The notes beneath the pieces were generated by a model. The model was not told where the DNA came from. It saw only the letters and a program-made list of their open reading frames with translations, and ran no database searches. The position numbers and the translations under genes were made by a program. From contig CAWBZI010000002.1 of assembly GCA_963793265.1 (NCBI GenBank), positions 32,001-96,000 on the forward strand: a DNA stretch of 64,000 nt, given 5' to 3'. The stretch is from an uncultured cyanobacterium (GTDB taxonomy: Bacteria; Cyanobacteriota; Cyanobacteriia; Phormidesmidales; Phormidesmidaceae). Below are positions 30,218-40,248 of this stretch, one piece after another. The first letter of the stretch is position 1, and each line of letters opens with the position of its first letter.

Positions 30218-31260
30218 ACGTTAATTCGACCTCCAAGCTGGTGGCTCAGACGAATACGCGGGTCAATCATCGGATAGGCCAAATCTGCAAGAGTGTTGCC
30301 GGTATAAACAAACAACGCGCTAAAGAAGACAATGCCCACCAGCAAGGGAATATCGCTGCGCAGCGCGGCTTGAACGGTCGCTTCGCCTAGTCCCGGATAG
30401 GCAAACACCTGCTCGACCAGTACCGAACCGCCAAAAAGCTCGCTCAAGGAGGCAAATTGAAGGGTAATTGCGGGCAAAAGAATATTGCGAAAGCCGTGAT
30501 AGCGAACAATGTTCCACAGGTTCTCTCCTTGCGCTAAGGCAAACAGCACGTAGTCGCTCTGGAGTACTTCAATTAGTTTTTGGCGAGTGTGCAGCGCGAT
30601 ATTGGCAATACCAATAATGCTGAGCGTTATTGCAGGTAAAAGCAGATGATGGAGATGCTGCCAGAAGGTGACGTCTTGAGATCGCACCCCCGGCGGCACC
30701 GCGCAGCAAATCGGAGCCACTTTCCAAGTAACTGCAAATACAATCAACAACAGCAGCGCCACCCAGAATGTAGGGGCAGACGCCAGCGTATAAGCATAGA
30801 GTCGAATCAATCGATCTATCCAACTGCCTGCCATAGCGCCTGCTAAAACACCTAGCGCTAAACCTAAAATGCCGGAGAGTAACCAGGCGATCGCCAGCAT
30901 TTGCAAAGATGCCTGAAACCGAGACACAATCACTTCACCTACTGGCCGATTAAACACTAACGACTGGCCTAAATTTCCCTGTAAAAGCTGACCTAGCCAG
31001 TCTACAAAACGACTCCACAGCGGCTGGTCGAGTCCCCAACGCTCAGCAATTAACACCTGCTGGTCGGCGCTAATTTGCATCATATCCGCGCCAATATACG
31101 CCTGCACCGGGTCGATTGGCGAAAAGCTCAGCAGTACGAAGGTGAAAATCGCAACCGCTACCAACAACAGTCCTAATCGCAGCAGTTTTTGCGCTATGAA
31201 TAACAACAGAGTGCTGAAGGATATCCTACTTACGCTTCTTAAGCATTCTCCTATGAGCAT
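30214..31260 (-). CDS. ABC permease (DppB-like)
   Basis: GNLGQS, LLLPAITL, GSVLVEQVFAYPGLG, DPRI. Confidence 0.92.
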   Translation of the reverse strand: MLIGECLRSVSRISFSTLLLFIAQKLLRLGLLLVAVAIFTFVLLSFSPIDPVQAYIGADMMQISADQQVLIAERWGLDQPLWSRFVDWLGQLLQGNLGQSLVFNRPVGEVIVSRFQASLQMLAIAWLLSGILGLALGVLAGAMAGSWIDRLIRLYAYTLASAPTFWVALLLLIVFAVTWKVAPICCAVPPGVRSQDVTFWQHLHHLLLPAITLSIIGIANIALHTRQKLIEVLQSDYVLFALAQGENLWNIVRYHGFRNILLPAITLQFASLSELFGGSVLVEQVFAYPGLGEATVQAALRSDIPLLVGIVFFSALFVYTGNTLADLAYPMIDPRIRLSHQLGGRINV

Positions 31261-32897
31261 GTCCACTTCCAATCAGCAATATTTGCTGTGATGGGCCAAC
31301 CGTGACCGTGAGGTTCCACTTGAGACTGGCCGATATCCAGGCAATCATCTACAAAATAAGTGTGGTCTAAATTCACCAGCCAGGCCCAGGCCGCATCTCC
31401 TTTAGTCGTCACGCCTTGGGTGCCATCCCACTGAGCTGCCTTCCAGTAGGCGATCGCCTCTGCCTCTGAAGGTGCGCCCATCGCTAAGTCTAGCTTGCTG
31501 TCAATGGCTTGGTTTGCATAGTAACCTGCATTGTAATAATCACCTTGTGCCGCTTGAGAATGGTACAAGTTGTACATTTCCGTTTGGTCGTGACTGCCCC
31601 AGCCAAACACCACTACGCTGCTGTGCATCAGCGGCTCAATATCGTCCCAGCTTTTTCCTTCTACATTTGCCTGAATGCCAATAGGTTCTAACATTTCAGC
31701 GGTCGCTAGGGCTAGCGACTGTCGAATGCTATCGTCAGCTTTATAGAGAATCGTAAATTCAGCCTTTCGTCCATCTTTTTCAACAATCCCATCGCCGTTG
31801 CGGTCAGTCCATCCGCCCTCAGCTAAAATCTCTTTAGCTTTCTCAAGCTGAGCATCTTCAATACTGGCCTGAGGCTCTTCCCAAGCTAGGCCACTGACTG
31901 GCCCGTAGGCAGGCGAACCATAGCCTTCTAAAATGCCATCCACCAGTGCCTGACGATCGACCGCGTAGTTAATGGCCTGCCGAATGGCTAAATCGGCTGT
32001 CACATCATTGCCTACAGGATCGCCATCTGGTGTTGTCTGGCCGCTAGCGCTTGGAAAGGGAAAGAGCAGTCCCCGATTGTCTACGCTGACTACATCTCGC
32101 AGCGTCATGCCTTCGATAGTTTGTACCGCCAATGACTGGGGGACAGCCGCGATCTGTGCTTGGCCTGCTTTAGCTGCTGCAAAAGCGCTATCGTCATCTA
32201 CAAACAGAAACACCAGTCTTTGAATACCTGGCGTTTCGCCATAGTAATTCGGATTAGCTTCTACAATTAACTGCTGGCCTTCGTCCCACTGCACCATTTG
32301 GTAAGGGCCAGAGCCGATCGGATTGCGAGCATAGTCTTCTCCATGCGCATGTTCTGGCACAATTCCCAGCGTAATCAATCGGTTTACAAAGGTACTTTGA
32401 GGCTGTTTTAGCGTCAGCTCCACTGTCTTATCGTCTACAGCTATTGCTTGCTCTAGCTGTGTAACATCAGTGAGTCCGCCGCTTTGAGCAGCCTGGTTAA
32501 AGGTATAGGCAACATCTGTTGCCGTTACGGGTTCTCCATCGGAAAAGAGAGCATCTTCTCGCAGGGTCACTGTCCAAGTTTTACCGTCTTCGCTAACGGT
32601 GTAATCAGTTGCTAAGTCGTTGATAATGTTTAGATTTTCATCACGCTTCAATAAAGTGCTTTGAAACAGCGCAGACCCATAGCGACCCCAGCCCGAGGTT
32701 GGATCGTAGCCTTCCTCACTTTCTCCACCAATTGCCAACACGATTTGCTCGGCAGAACCCAATGGCGATGAATCTTGAGAATTGGTGCTGTCACCCGTAC
32801 GCGTCGTTGTTGTCGTAGCGGTGCAGCTTGCAATGGCCCAGCTAGCTAGTAAAACGCTCAATCCTTCGACCAGACGCTTTCGTTTGAGTCTGTGCAT
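31251..32897 (-). CDS. NikA/DppA-family lipoprotein binding protein, probably for a metal (Co/Ni) chelate
   Basis: Lipobox IASC; FSDGEPVTA.DV, PIGSGPY, RQAINYAVDR; C-terminal PHGHGWP. Metal substrate inferred from context. Confidence 0.85.
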   Translation of the reverse strand: MHRLKRKRLVEGLSVLLASWAIASCTATTTTTRTGDSTNSQDSSPLGSAEQIVLAIGGESEEGYDPTSGWGRYGSALFQSTLLKRDENLNIINDLATDYTVSEDGKTWTVTLREDALFSDGEPVTATDVAYTFNQAAQSGGLTDVTQLEQAIAVDDKTVELTLKQPQSTFVNRLITLGIVPEHAHGEDYARNPIGSGPYQMVQWDEGQQLIVEANPNYYGETPGIQRLVFLFVDDDSAFAAAKAGQAQIAAVPQSLAVQTIEGMTLRDVVSVDNRGLLFPFPSASGQTTPDGDPVGNDVTADLAIRQAINYAVDRQALVDGILEGYGSPAYGPVSGLAWEEPQASIEDAQLEKAKEILAEGGWTDRNGDGIVEKDGRKAEFTILYKADDSIRQSLALATAEMLEPIGIQANVEGKSWDDIEPLMHSSVVVFGWGSHDQTEMYNLYHSQAAQGDYYNAGYYANQAIDSKLDLAMGAPSEAEAIAYWKAAQWDGTQGVTTKGDAAWAWLVNLDHTYFVDDCLDIGQSQVEPHGHGWPITANIADWKWTCS

Positions 32898-33012
32898 ATT
32901 AACAGTTAGAACCTATAAGTATGATTAACGCTTAGCCAAAACTAAGCCTATCGCCTTCAATCACTCGCAGCAATCCGGGGGAGGGGGATACGTATCAAGC
33001 CACCCACTAGAT

Positions 33013-33072
33013 TAAAAAAATAAGGATACTTAGAAGCCGATAGAGAACTATCTTGCGGCTCTAAATATCCTT
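33013..33072 (-). terminator. Long hairpin plus T-run in the leader of the ABC operon
   Basis: Arms AAGGATACTTAGAAGCCG (33022-33039) and CGGCTCTAAATATCCTT (33056-33072), followed by ATTTTTTT on the minus strand. Confidence 0.65.
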
Positions 33073-33204
33073 TAAGAAAAGTGCTAGCTAATCTCTACAC
33101 AGCAACAGCTTCTGAACGATCTGTCCTGGAAGCCGACGGCTGATATGCCTTAGGATGAACAACCGTGTACTAGCGCTATAAGAACCCAGATGTATACATG
33201 TATT

Positions 33205-33769
33205 GAATTTTGTATAAGCGATCTAGAATCCAATCAACTCACAGGACAATCGCACAATGGCCCGAAAGAAAAAAGAACCGAACCGCGTCGATGATCTGCT
33301 TGACGAACTGCTAGAAGACTGCCATAGCCCAGAGGATATCTTGGGCGAAGGTGGGCTGATGAAGCAGCTCAAGAAGCGCTTGGTCGAACGCGCACTGGCT
33401 GGAGAAGTCAACAGACAGAAAGGCCGTTTGCGCTGACCTCAAACCCATCTACCAAGCGGCAACGCTGGCAGAGTCAGAAGCTGCCTTGGATGCGTTTGCT
33501 GAAAAGTGGGACGAGACTTATCCAGCGGTCTCTCAGGTCTAGATTCGCAACTGGGAGAACGTTATCCCGATATTCGACTACCCGATGGAGATTCGTCGTG
33601 TGATCTACACCACGAACATTAAAAATTGCGGTGCGACCCCGCGTCGCTTTGCGGCGCTAGGGAACGCGCACCAAGACAGACGTGCAGCATTGTCACATTT
33701 TGCTATCCTGTTCCCAGAACGCTTTTCCGCTTAAGTTAAAAGCGCTTACACAAAAATTAGATCGCTCTC
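33205..33769 (+). mobile_element. IS256-family remnant with internal deletion
   Basis: ATG at 33257: MARKKKEPNRVDDLLDELL...GLMKQLKKRLVERAL, joined to ADLKPIYQA...KWDETYP...IRRVIYTTN; ends ATTTTGTATAAG and CTTACACAAAAAT are inverted repeats. Confidence 0.85.
33628..33678. repeat. Short GC-rich dispersed-repeat-like hairpin inside the IS256 remnant
   Basis: GGTGCGACCCCGCGTCGC-TTT-GCGGCGCTAGGGAACGCGCACC; interrupts the transposase frame right after TTN. Confidence 0.4.
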
Positions 33770-34002
33770 CTGCTCTTGTCCGGTCAGCCTACAGTCACAA
33801 TCAACGCGCAAAACGATTCATCCTGTGCCCTTTTCGTTATTTACTTTTGCTGTCGTTGCTGGTTTAGCGATCACCATCCTACCCCTTATGCAGTCTGTCG
33901 GTATCTCACGCTCAGCCTGGTCATTGCTGTTTTGTCGATAAAGCGAGAGTAATCCCAGTAAGAGATATGTGAATATACAGCAGGCTCGTCGTCGAAAGAA
34001 TA

Positions 34003-34677
34003 TTAAGTTGCAAGAAACACACCGCCCGCGCCGCAGGCAATCAGTCCGGCGGCGCGAACCCAAGCTAGCTTTTTAATTGAGGTTGACCGTTCGCGAGCTA
34101 TCCAAAAGGCACCAGCCATGATAGCCCCTTGCGCGGCGGTAAAGCCGATTAGATAAGAGAACAGTGGCGTCATTTCAGCGCCGACAATGGCCTCGCCGTA
34201 AGCATAGCCATGAAATACGCCAGTTGCTGCGCTGAGTAAAACAGCAGTGCCCGCAGTCAGCTTCCTGCTGTAAGCGGTCAAGATGCCAATAAGAACAACC
34301 GATAGAGAGATGAAAAATTCAGATGCGGGCAGATTTAATCCTATGAGGTGAAGACCCGCGCCTACCAGGCTAGTAGCCAAGAAAGCAGCAGGAACTGTCC
34401 AGCCCAGTTTAACTCTGGTAGCTAAAAGACCAGTGACGATTATAAAAACAAGATGATCTATGCCAATAACCGGATGGCCTACGCCCGAGAGAAAGCCTTG
34501 CCCCCACGTGCTGGGTGTGGTGCCGCCGAATGGATGATGGGCTAAGGCGGGCGCGGCTAGTGAGAGTGTTAAAATGCTGGTAACAAGAGGAATCGCAATC
34601 CGTATTCTCTGATTGCAAGCGCTGTCGATCTTCAGCGAAGAGAACGTCATCATGGCTGGAGCATTTCTTGTTTTCAT
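34003..34677 (-). CDS. HupE/UreJ-family Ni/Co permease
   Basis: ALAHHP, GVGHPVIGIDHL, FHGYAYG. Confidence 0.92.
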   Translation of the reverse strand: MKTRNAPAMMTFSSLKIDSACNQRIRIAIPLVTSILTLSLAAPALAHHPFGGTTPSTWGQGFLSGVGHPVIGIDHLVFIIVTGLLATRVKLGWTVPAAFLATSLVGAGLHLIGLNLPASEFFISLSVVLIGILTAYSRKLTAGTAVLLSAATGVFHGYAYGEAIVGAEMTPLFSYLIGFTAAQGAIMAGAFWIARERSTSIKKLAWVRAAGLIACGAGGVFLAT

Positions 34678-34722
34678 GGCTTTAGATGGTTTCTAAATAC
34701 TGTTGGTTTTGAGCCTGTGCTG

Positions 34723-35079
34723 CTACGCGGCGGCTGATTTGCAGTCCAGAATCTGAGCAAGCTGCGTTTCTAACTCGCCCGATTCGATCACGCCGGAGGC
34801 GACGACAATTCTCTCTAAAGCCGTTAGCCAGCACTGATAATAGTCCCATTCCGGGTCATTTAATTCGTGCGTATCTTCCCACTCTTTGATAGTGGCCATT
34901 AGAGTTTGGCGAAAGTCTTCCCATTCGTAATAGCCTTGTTTAGAGAGCGAGATCGCCACTCCAAAGGCCATTTTTTCCCACGCTCTGTCAAACTGCAAGT
35001 GACCGTCCTGACGCGGCGGCGCTTCTTCAGGTGAGCCCATCAAGCTAGTTGCGGCAAAGTGCTCGAACTTAGTAAACAT
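34723..35079 (-). CDS. Nitrile hydratase accessory (activator) protein
   Basis: PPR..G.L.F...WE..AFG.A, WEDFRQ.L, YYQCWLTALER; follows nthA. Confidence 0.9.
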   Translation of the reverse strand: MFTKFEHFAATSLMGSPEEAPPRQDGHLQFDRAWEKMAFGVAISLSKQGYYEWEDFRQTLMATIKEWEDTHELNDPEWDYYQCWLTALERIVVASGVIESGELETQLAQILDCKSAAA

Positions 35080-35108
35080 ATTCTTAAAAAAACCTACTTC
35101 AGGATGTC

Positions 35109-35735
35109 CTATACTTTTACGACAGCTACGCCCATCATGGCCTCGGGCGTTATCAGCGCTGCTAAGTCTGCTTCACTCATGCCATCTGTTCCTTCTGGGC
35201 GCATCGGCAGCACCCACCAGCGAATCTGAGCGCTGGTATCCCAAATCCGAATTTCAACAGAATCGTCTAGCTTTACGCCAAATTCCGAGAGCACCACGCG
35301 CGGTTCTCTGGCAACCCGCGCCCTAAACGTCGGATCTTTAAACCAGTAGGGTGGCAGTCCTAGCGTAGGCCAAGGGTAGCAAGAACACAGGGTACATACA
35401 ATTACGTTGTGCACCGCTGGCGTGTTTTCAGCAATCCGCATGTGCTCGCCTTCTGCCCCTGACATGCCGTTTGGAAAGCCCAATTCCTCGCAGGCCGCAT
35501 TGCAGTCGGCAAGCAAACGCGCCTTAAAATCAGGATCTACCCAGGCTTTAGCGACGAGCTTAGCACCGTTAAATGGCCCCATTTTGGTTTCAAAGTGGCT
35601 CAGCACGGTGTCAACCGTCTTGCCTGTAAGAATGCCTTTTTCAATTAGCAAAGACTCTAGAGCTTTTACCTTTGCCTCGCTGGTTTTCTCGCGGTCTGCT
35701 GCTGGATACTTAAATCCAGGATAGTTACTGGGCAT
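35109..35735 (-). CDS. nthA: Nitrile hydratase alpha subunit, cobalt type
   Basis: VCTLCSCYPW metal motif (Thr/Tyr indicates Co-type), GAKLVAKAWVDP, LGLPP.W.K. Confidence 0.95.
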   Translation of the reverse strand: MPSNYPGFKYPAADREKTSEAKVKALESLLIEKGILTGKTVDTVLSHFETKMGPFNGAKLVAKAWVDPDFKARLLADCNAACEELGFPNGMSGAEGEHMRIAENTPAVHNVIVCTLCSCYPWPTLGLPPYWFKDPTFRARVAREPRVVLSEFGVKLDDSVEIRIWDTSAQIRWWVLPMRPEGTDGMSEADLAALITPEAMMGVAVVKV

Positions 35736-35748
35736 AAGATTCTCTCTC

Positions 35749-36483
35749 CTAAAGCGCTTCTATGTACACTTCAAAAATGTCGTTGTAATAGACCATGTTC
35801 GAATCGGTCACTGTTTCCTCCCAAATATCTGTCGCCTTAATTGCGACGCTGTAAACGGGCATTGGCTCGCCCAAGCCATCTGTTGTGGGAAAAAAGTACG
35901 TGAATGCACCGTCGTATACTTTGACAATTTCGGCAACTTTGCCTCTGATGTGTCCGGGCAATCGGGTGTGTTCGCCTGAAGCGACGTTTTTGATTCTGAC
36001 GCGATCGCCTACTCCAAACTTAGGCTCACTATCCAAAGGCCGCTGCGGCGAATCCCCTTTCTCTAGGTACTTCACAATCTGCTCGTCGATAGCGCTCGCT
36101 TCTTTGTCTACTTGAACCTCGCTGCCCGAGAGATACGCCGCAGTCCTCTCATCTAGCTCAGCCTGCGTCATATAGCCTTCTCCGACAAAAAAGCCAGAAA
36201 TACCGCCCAGCCACTTTTCATAGTAGCGCAGCCGAAAGTACTCAAAAGGGTGCATTCCCTCAGCGCCCATGCGCAAGTGCCCCCAAGTCCAGAAGCTTTT
36301 GAACTCAGTAGGCACCTCATCAATTTTGTAGTCAGGAATGGAGTTGTCGAGATGGTTGCTGAGCGCCATCATCGCCGTATGAATGCCGAAAATGCGCTCT
36401 TCCCAAGGCTCAACAAACACTCTAGTTTCAAAGTTAACAGGATCGAGATTTTCTATACCCCCGATGTTGTGCTGTATTTTCAT
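35749..36483 (-). CDS. nthB: Nitrile hydratase beta subunit
   Basis: F.EPWE.R.F, R.GAE, YYEKWL, F.VGDRVR, HTRLPG.IRGK. Confidence 0.93.
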   Translation of the reverse strand: MKIQHNIGGIENLDPVNFETRVFVEPWEERIFGIHTAMMALSNHLDNSIPDYKIDEVPTEFKSFWTWGHLRMGAEGMHPFEYFRLRYYEKWLGGISGFFVGEGYMTQAELDERTAAYLSGSEVQVDKEASAIDEQIVKYLEKGDSPQRPLDSEPKFGVGDRVRIKNVASGEHTRLPGHIRGKVAEIVKVYDGAFTYFFPTTDGLGEPMPVYSVAIKATDIWEETVTDSNMVYYNDIFEVYIEAL

Positions 36484-36519
36484 AGTTCTTTTGGTATTGA
36501 AAGAGAGAATTGATTTTTT

Positions 36520-36549
36520 GTAGGGTGCATAGCAGTGCTATGCCCCTAC
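36520..36549. repeat. GTAG-type REP-like palindrome
   Basis: GTAGGGTGCATAGCAGTGCTATGCCCCTAC; same family as 63694-63774. Confidence 0.7.
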
Positions 36550-36592
36550 TCCGATATATTCTAGGTAAGGTTGTTCATTGTTGTTAGAATCT

Positions 36593-37573
36593 CTAAGCGT
36601 ATTCCAAAGCCTTTGCAAAGCAGCTCTGGAAACCTCTACGTAGCTCTGTTTCATCCAGATTTCGGCCAATAAATATCAGCTCATTCTGCCGAGCCTCACC
36701 TACTTTCCAAGGTTTTCCAGGCCGACCGTCTAGGGTCATATGCACCCCTTGAAACACAAATCGCCGGGGTTCATTGTCAGCATCTACGATGCCTTTCATT
36801 CGGAATATATCAGCGCCTTTTGCCTGCACTAGCTGGTAGAGCCAGCGGTTGAGCCGATCGCTATCTACCGAGCCCGCTTCTGTGATGGCAACAGAATGAA
36901 TAGTGCTGTCGTGGTCGTGCGCGTCTTCGTTGAGCAGCTCTGGATCGATGCTAAGCGCCTGCTGTAGATCGAAGGCTCCAACGCCGAGGATCTTATCTAA
37001 CGCAATGTTGCAGTTTTGCGTAGGGTGAATGGTAGAGATCGCATTCAGTCCTCTTACTTTCAAAGCCAGCGCCGCCAGCCGATCCGAGGAAATTAAATCT
37101 ATCTTGTTTAACAAAACAACATCGGCAAAAGCAATCTGCTCCTGCGCCTCACTGCTTCCCCAATGCGCGTCAATGTATTTAGCATCTATCACCGTAACCA
37201 CCGCATCTAGCTGCGTTTGCTTGGCCATTACCTCATCGACAAAAAATGACTGAATCACCGGAGCCGGATCGGCGAGGCCCGTCGTTTCAATCACGAGATG
37301 ATCGAAGCGATCGCCTCTGGCTATTAAATCGCTAATAATCCGAATCAGATCGCCCCTCACGGTACAGCAAATGCAGCCATTGTTCATTTCAAAAATCTCT
37401 TCATCGGCATCAATCACCAGTTGATGGTCGATGCCTACTTCTCCAAATTCATTGACAATCACCGCAATCTTTTTACCGTGTTCTTCAGTTAAGATGCGAT
37501 TTAATAGTGTTGTTTTGCCTGCTCCTAAGTATCCGGTGAGCACTGTAACCGGAATCTTTTGAGTCAATGCCAT
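36593..37573 (-). CDS. COG0523/CobW-family metallochaperone GTPase
   Basis: [37 protein letters not shown]...FQGVH. Confidence 0.93.
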   Translation of the reverse strand: MALTQKIPVTVLTGYLGAGKTTLLNRILTEEHGKKIAVIVNEFGEVGIDHQLVIDADEEIFEMNNGCICCTVRGDLIRIISDLIARGDRFDHLVIETTGLADPAPVIQSFFVDEVMAKQTQLDAVVTVIDAKYIDAHWGSSEAQEQIAFADVVLLNKIDLISSDRLAALALKVRGLNAISTIHPTQNCNIALDKILGVGAFDLQQALSIDPELLNEDAHDHDSTIHSVAITEAGSVDSDRLNRWLYQLVQAKGADIFRMKGIVDADNEPRRFVFQGVHMTLDGRPGKPWKVGEARQNELIFIGRNLDETELRRGFQSCFAKALEYA

Positions 37574-37628
37574 AGTAATACCCTTCTTTATTCGTAACAG
37601 ATTTTAAAGCGACAGTTTATAGCCCCTG

Positions 37629-38138
37629 TTAAACGCCGGGCGAAACTGACGTAGTGGTCATGGCCTTTCCCCAGGCTTCTGAGAGGTAGCCAAAAATAGC
37701 GCCCAGGATCATAGCTGCGATCGCAATCAAAATAGGATTATTCGGCAGCGCTGCGGTCACCGGCAAACCCGTCACCGCGACCGTTCCAACCGTCTGCGAA
37801 AACCCCCACACAATTGCAGGCGTAATACCATGAGTGAAAGGCAGCTTTGAGGCCTGAACCATCGCTGCGCTGCCGATGCCAACGCAAATAGCTGCAACTA
37901 TCGGACTGCTGCCAATTAAATCTATTGCCAGTAAAGATAGCGCGGCGATGACGATGCCTGTAATATTGCAGGCAACCGACTTGACGAAGCCTCGCTTACC
38001 CCCACCCACAACAAAGAAAGAAGCCCAAGCGGTAAACGTCACCCAGACCGGGACAAGAATAACGGTGGCCGTTAGCAAAACATCGACGCCACCTAGCACA
38101 CCAATACTAACGGTTAGAGCCTCAGATTGTTTCATCAC
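37629..38138 (-). CDS. DUF1097-like membrane protein
   Basis: PVWVTFTAWASFFVVGG, TPAIVWGF, GAIFGYLSE; all hydrophobic. Confidence 0.75.
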   Translation of the reverse strand: MMKQSEALTVSIGVLGGVDVLLTATVILVPVWVTFTAWASFFVVGGGKRGFVKSVACNITGIVIAALSLLAIDLIGSSPIVAAICVGIGSAAMVQASKLPFTHGITPAIVWGFSQTVGTVAVTGLPVTAALPNNPILIAIAAMILGAIFGYLSEAWGKAMTTTSVSPGV

Positions 38139-38394
38139 ACAGTTCCTTTTGTAGTTCCCTTTAATAGTCTCTTCGGAATTTTACTGGAAAGTTTTGCCTG
38201 AGAATAAAGACTTTCCTTACTGTTATGCACGACTTTATCACTCTTTCAAACAGAAAACAGTCTCTTTCAACACATTCTGTTTACTCAAGCCGTTACTCGG
38301 CTAGGGTTCAATACTATCTCTACAAAGTCCGATAAAAGAAATATATGAGTCAAATTAAAATCGCTATCTGTGAAACCACCTTAAGATAGATATC

Positions 38395-38410
38395 TGTATA
38401 TCTACTTACA
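38395..38410. promoter_or_regulatory. NtcA-binding site (perfect consensus)
   Basis: TGTA-TATCTACT-TACA = GTA-N8-TAC, in the divergent intergenic region. Confidence 0.75.
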
Positions 38411-38467
38411 GTTACAGCGTGGGTGGCGTGGATTAAATAGGGCAAATCGAAAGGAGTTCTCTCAGTT

Positions 38468-40069
38468 ATGAAACCAATTGTGATATCGCGTTATTCCTGG
38501 CTAAGAAGAGTTTCTATTGCCTGCGCGCTAACGCTTTCTACTACATTTGTTGCCAGTTGCTCTGGGCCGTCTTCAGTCTCAGAAGTCAGTACGACATCGG
38601 GCGAGACTGCTAGCGCTGAGTCTTTAGATGGCGAAACTATTCGTATCTCTATCGGAACTCAAGACCAAGTTATCAATACCGCTGTAGGCGGTGCCACTGT
38701 TAGAGAGTTAGATTTGTTAGAAAAGTATCTGCCTACAACCGGCAAATATGAGGGCGTGAAGTACGATATTGAGTGGTCTAGCTATACGTCCGGGCCACCT
38801 ATTACTAATAAAATGCTGGCCAACCAGATTGATATTGGCTTGATGGGAGACTTTCCTGCCGTTATCAATCTAATCAAGTTTCAAGAGGAAGTAGAAGGCG
38901 TCACCTCAACTTTTATTGGCACGCTAGCCTACAGTCCTAACGGTGCTGGGAACGCGGTAGTCGTTCCGAAAGATAGCGAAGTCACTTCTTTAGCCGATTT
39001 GAAAGGGGGGGCGGTATCAGTTCCCTTTGGTTCTGCCGCGCACGGCATGGTGCTAAAGGCGCTTACTGACGCAGGGATTGATCCAGAAACCGATGTAGAG
39101 CTAATTAGCCAAGCCCCAGAAGTAGGCGGCACTAGCCTTCGCACGGGGCAAATCGATGCCCATGCCGATTTTGTTCCCTTTGGCGAACTATTTCCATATA
39201 GAGGCTTTGCTAAAAAGATTTTTGACGGTGCACAAACTGGCGTGCCTACTCTACACGGAATTGTTGTTCGCTCCGACTTTAGCGAGAAATATCCAGAGAT
39301 TGTAGAAGCTTATCTCCAGGCGATGCTTGAAGCCAATCAGATGTTTCGAGATAATCCAGAAGAGATCTCTGCCCAAATTGAGGAGTGGTCTGGGATTGAG
39401 AAAGAAGTGGTGTACATGTTTTTAGGCCCTTCTGGTTTGCAGCCAATTAACCCTAGCATTGAGGAGGTTCAACTGTCGGCTCTAAAAAACAGTATTGCTA
39501 CGCTTATTAGCCTTGGGAAAATTGAATCGCCTGTCGATCCAGAGGATGTTACAGGATGGGTAGATGACGGCTTCTTAAAAGCTGCGATGGAAAACTCGGG
39601 GTTAGACTACGATGCAGTCATTGAAGAAGGTGAAAGCTATTTCATTACCGGACAAGATGCGCTGACAGGAGATGACATTGCAGAACCCAAGATGGCCGCT
39701 CAGCTATGGATTCAAGAAGAACCTACGGTGAGTAATTTTGCCTCTGTCCCTAACATGGTGACAAAGCTGAATGAGCTACAGGATGAGGGCAAAGCCGCCG
39801 ACGTGATTTTTGTACATGATCGTAACAAAGGATGGAAGCTGTTTGCGGAAAACGCTTACTATGTCACCAGCGGCGATGAGGTTTCTGCCTTTTTGCTAGA
39901 AGCTGACGCTACCGCGTTTGCATCTGAGTCTGGCGGGCAAGTTGTCTCTTTTAAGGATTTGCTCAAAACATACTCTGTTAGCGGCCCTCAGCCATCGCGC
40001 GTTAGTCGCATTACAGCAGATAACTTGCGACAGGCACTAAAGAAGGTCGTTCCTGCGCTGGCAGGATAG
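38468..40069 (+). CDS. NitT/TauT (SsuA-like) ABC substrate-binding lipoprotein with a C-terminal extension
   Basis: Lipobox VASC; TSGPP, DIGLMGDFP, VPFGSAAH. Confidence 0.88.
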   Translation: MKPIVISRYSWLRRVSIACALTLSTTFVASCSGPSSVSEVSTTSGETASAESLDGETIRISIGTQDQVINTAVGGATVRELDLLEKYLPTTGKYEGVKYDIEWSSYTSGPPITNKMLANQIDIGLMGDFPAVINLIKFQEEVEGVTSTFIGTLAYSPNGAGNAVVVPKDSEVTSLADLKGGAVSVPFGSAAHGMVLKALTDAGIDPETDVELISQAPEVGGTSLRTGQIDAHADFVPFGELFPYRGFAKKIFDGAQTGVPTLHGIVVRSDFSEKYPEIVEAYLQAMLEANQMFRDNPEEISAQIEEWSGIEKEVVYMFLGPSGLQPINPSIEEVQLSALKNSIATLISLGKIESPVDPEDVTGWVDDGFLKAAMENSGLDYDAVIEEGESYFITGQDALTGDDIAEPKMAAQLWIQEEPTVSNFASVPNMVTKLNELQDEGKAADVIFVHDRNKGWKLFAENAYYVTSGDEVSAFLLEADATAFASESGGQVVSFKDLLKTYSVSGPQPSRVSRITADNLRQALKKVVPALAG

Positions 40070-40248
40070 ATAGAAGAGATCTTGTTTGATACGCTTTGAT
40101 GAATACTTTTGCTACTTAGTCAGCACAACCTATCAAGCTTTTCTATTCGAGCCACAAAGCAATCTAAACTTAAGGACTGCTGTTTGAATAGATAAGCGCT
40201 TCGCACTTTTCCACCTTTTCCACGGATTCTTTTTCAAAGGTTTCTTCA

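Noticed and set aside
32900..34000. Cobalamin or NiCo riboswitch
   Set aside because: No B12-box or GGGAA/GCAACTGT core; the GCAACAG...ATCTGT resemblance to NiCo is on the wrong strand
35109..36483. Classical thiocyanate hydrolase (ScnABC)
   Set aside because: The beta subunit is a single 244-aa chain rather than split in two; thiocyanate remains only a candidate substrate
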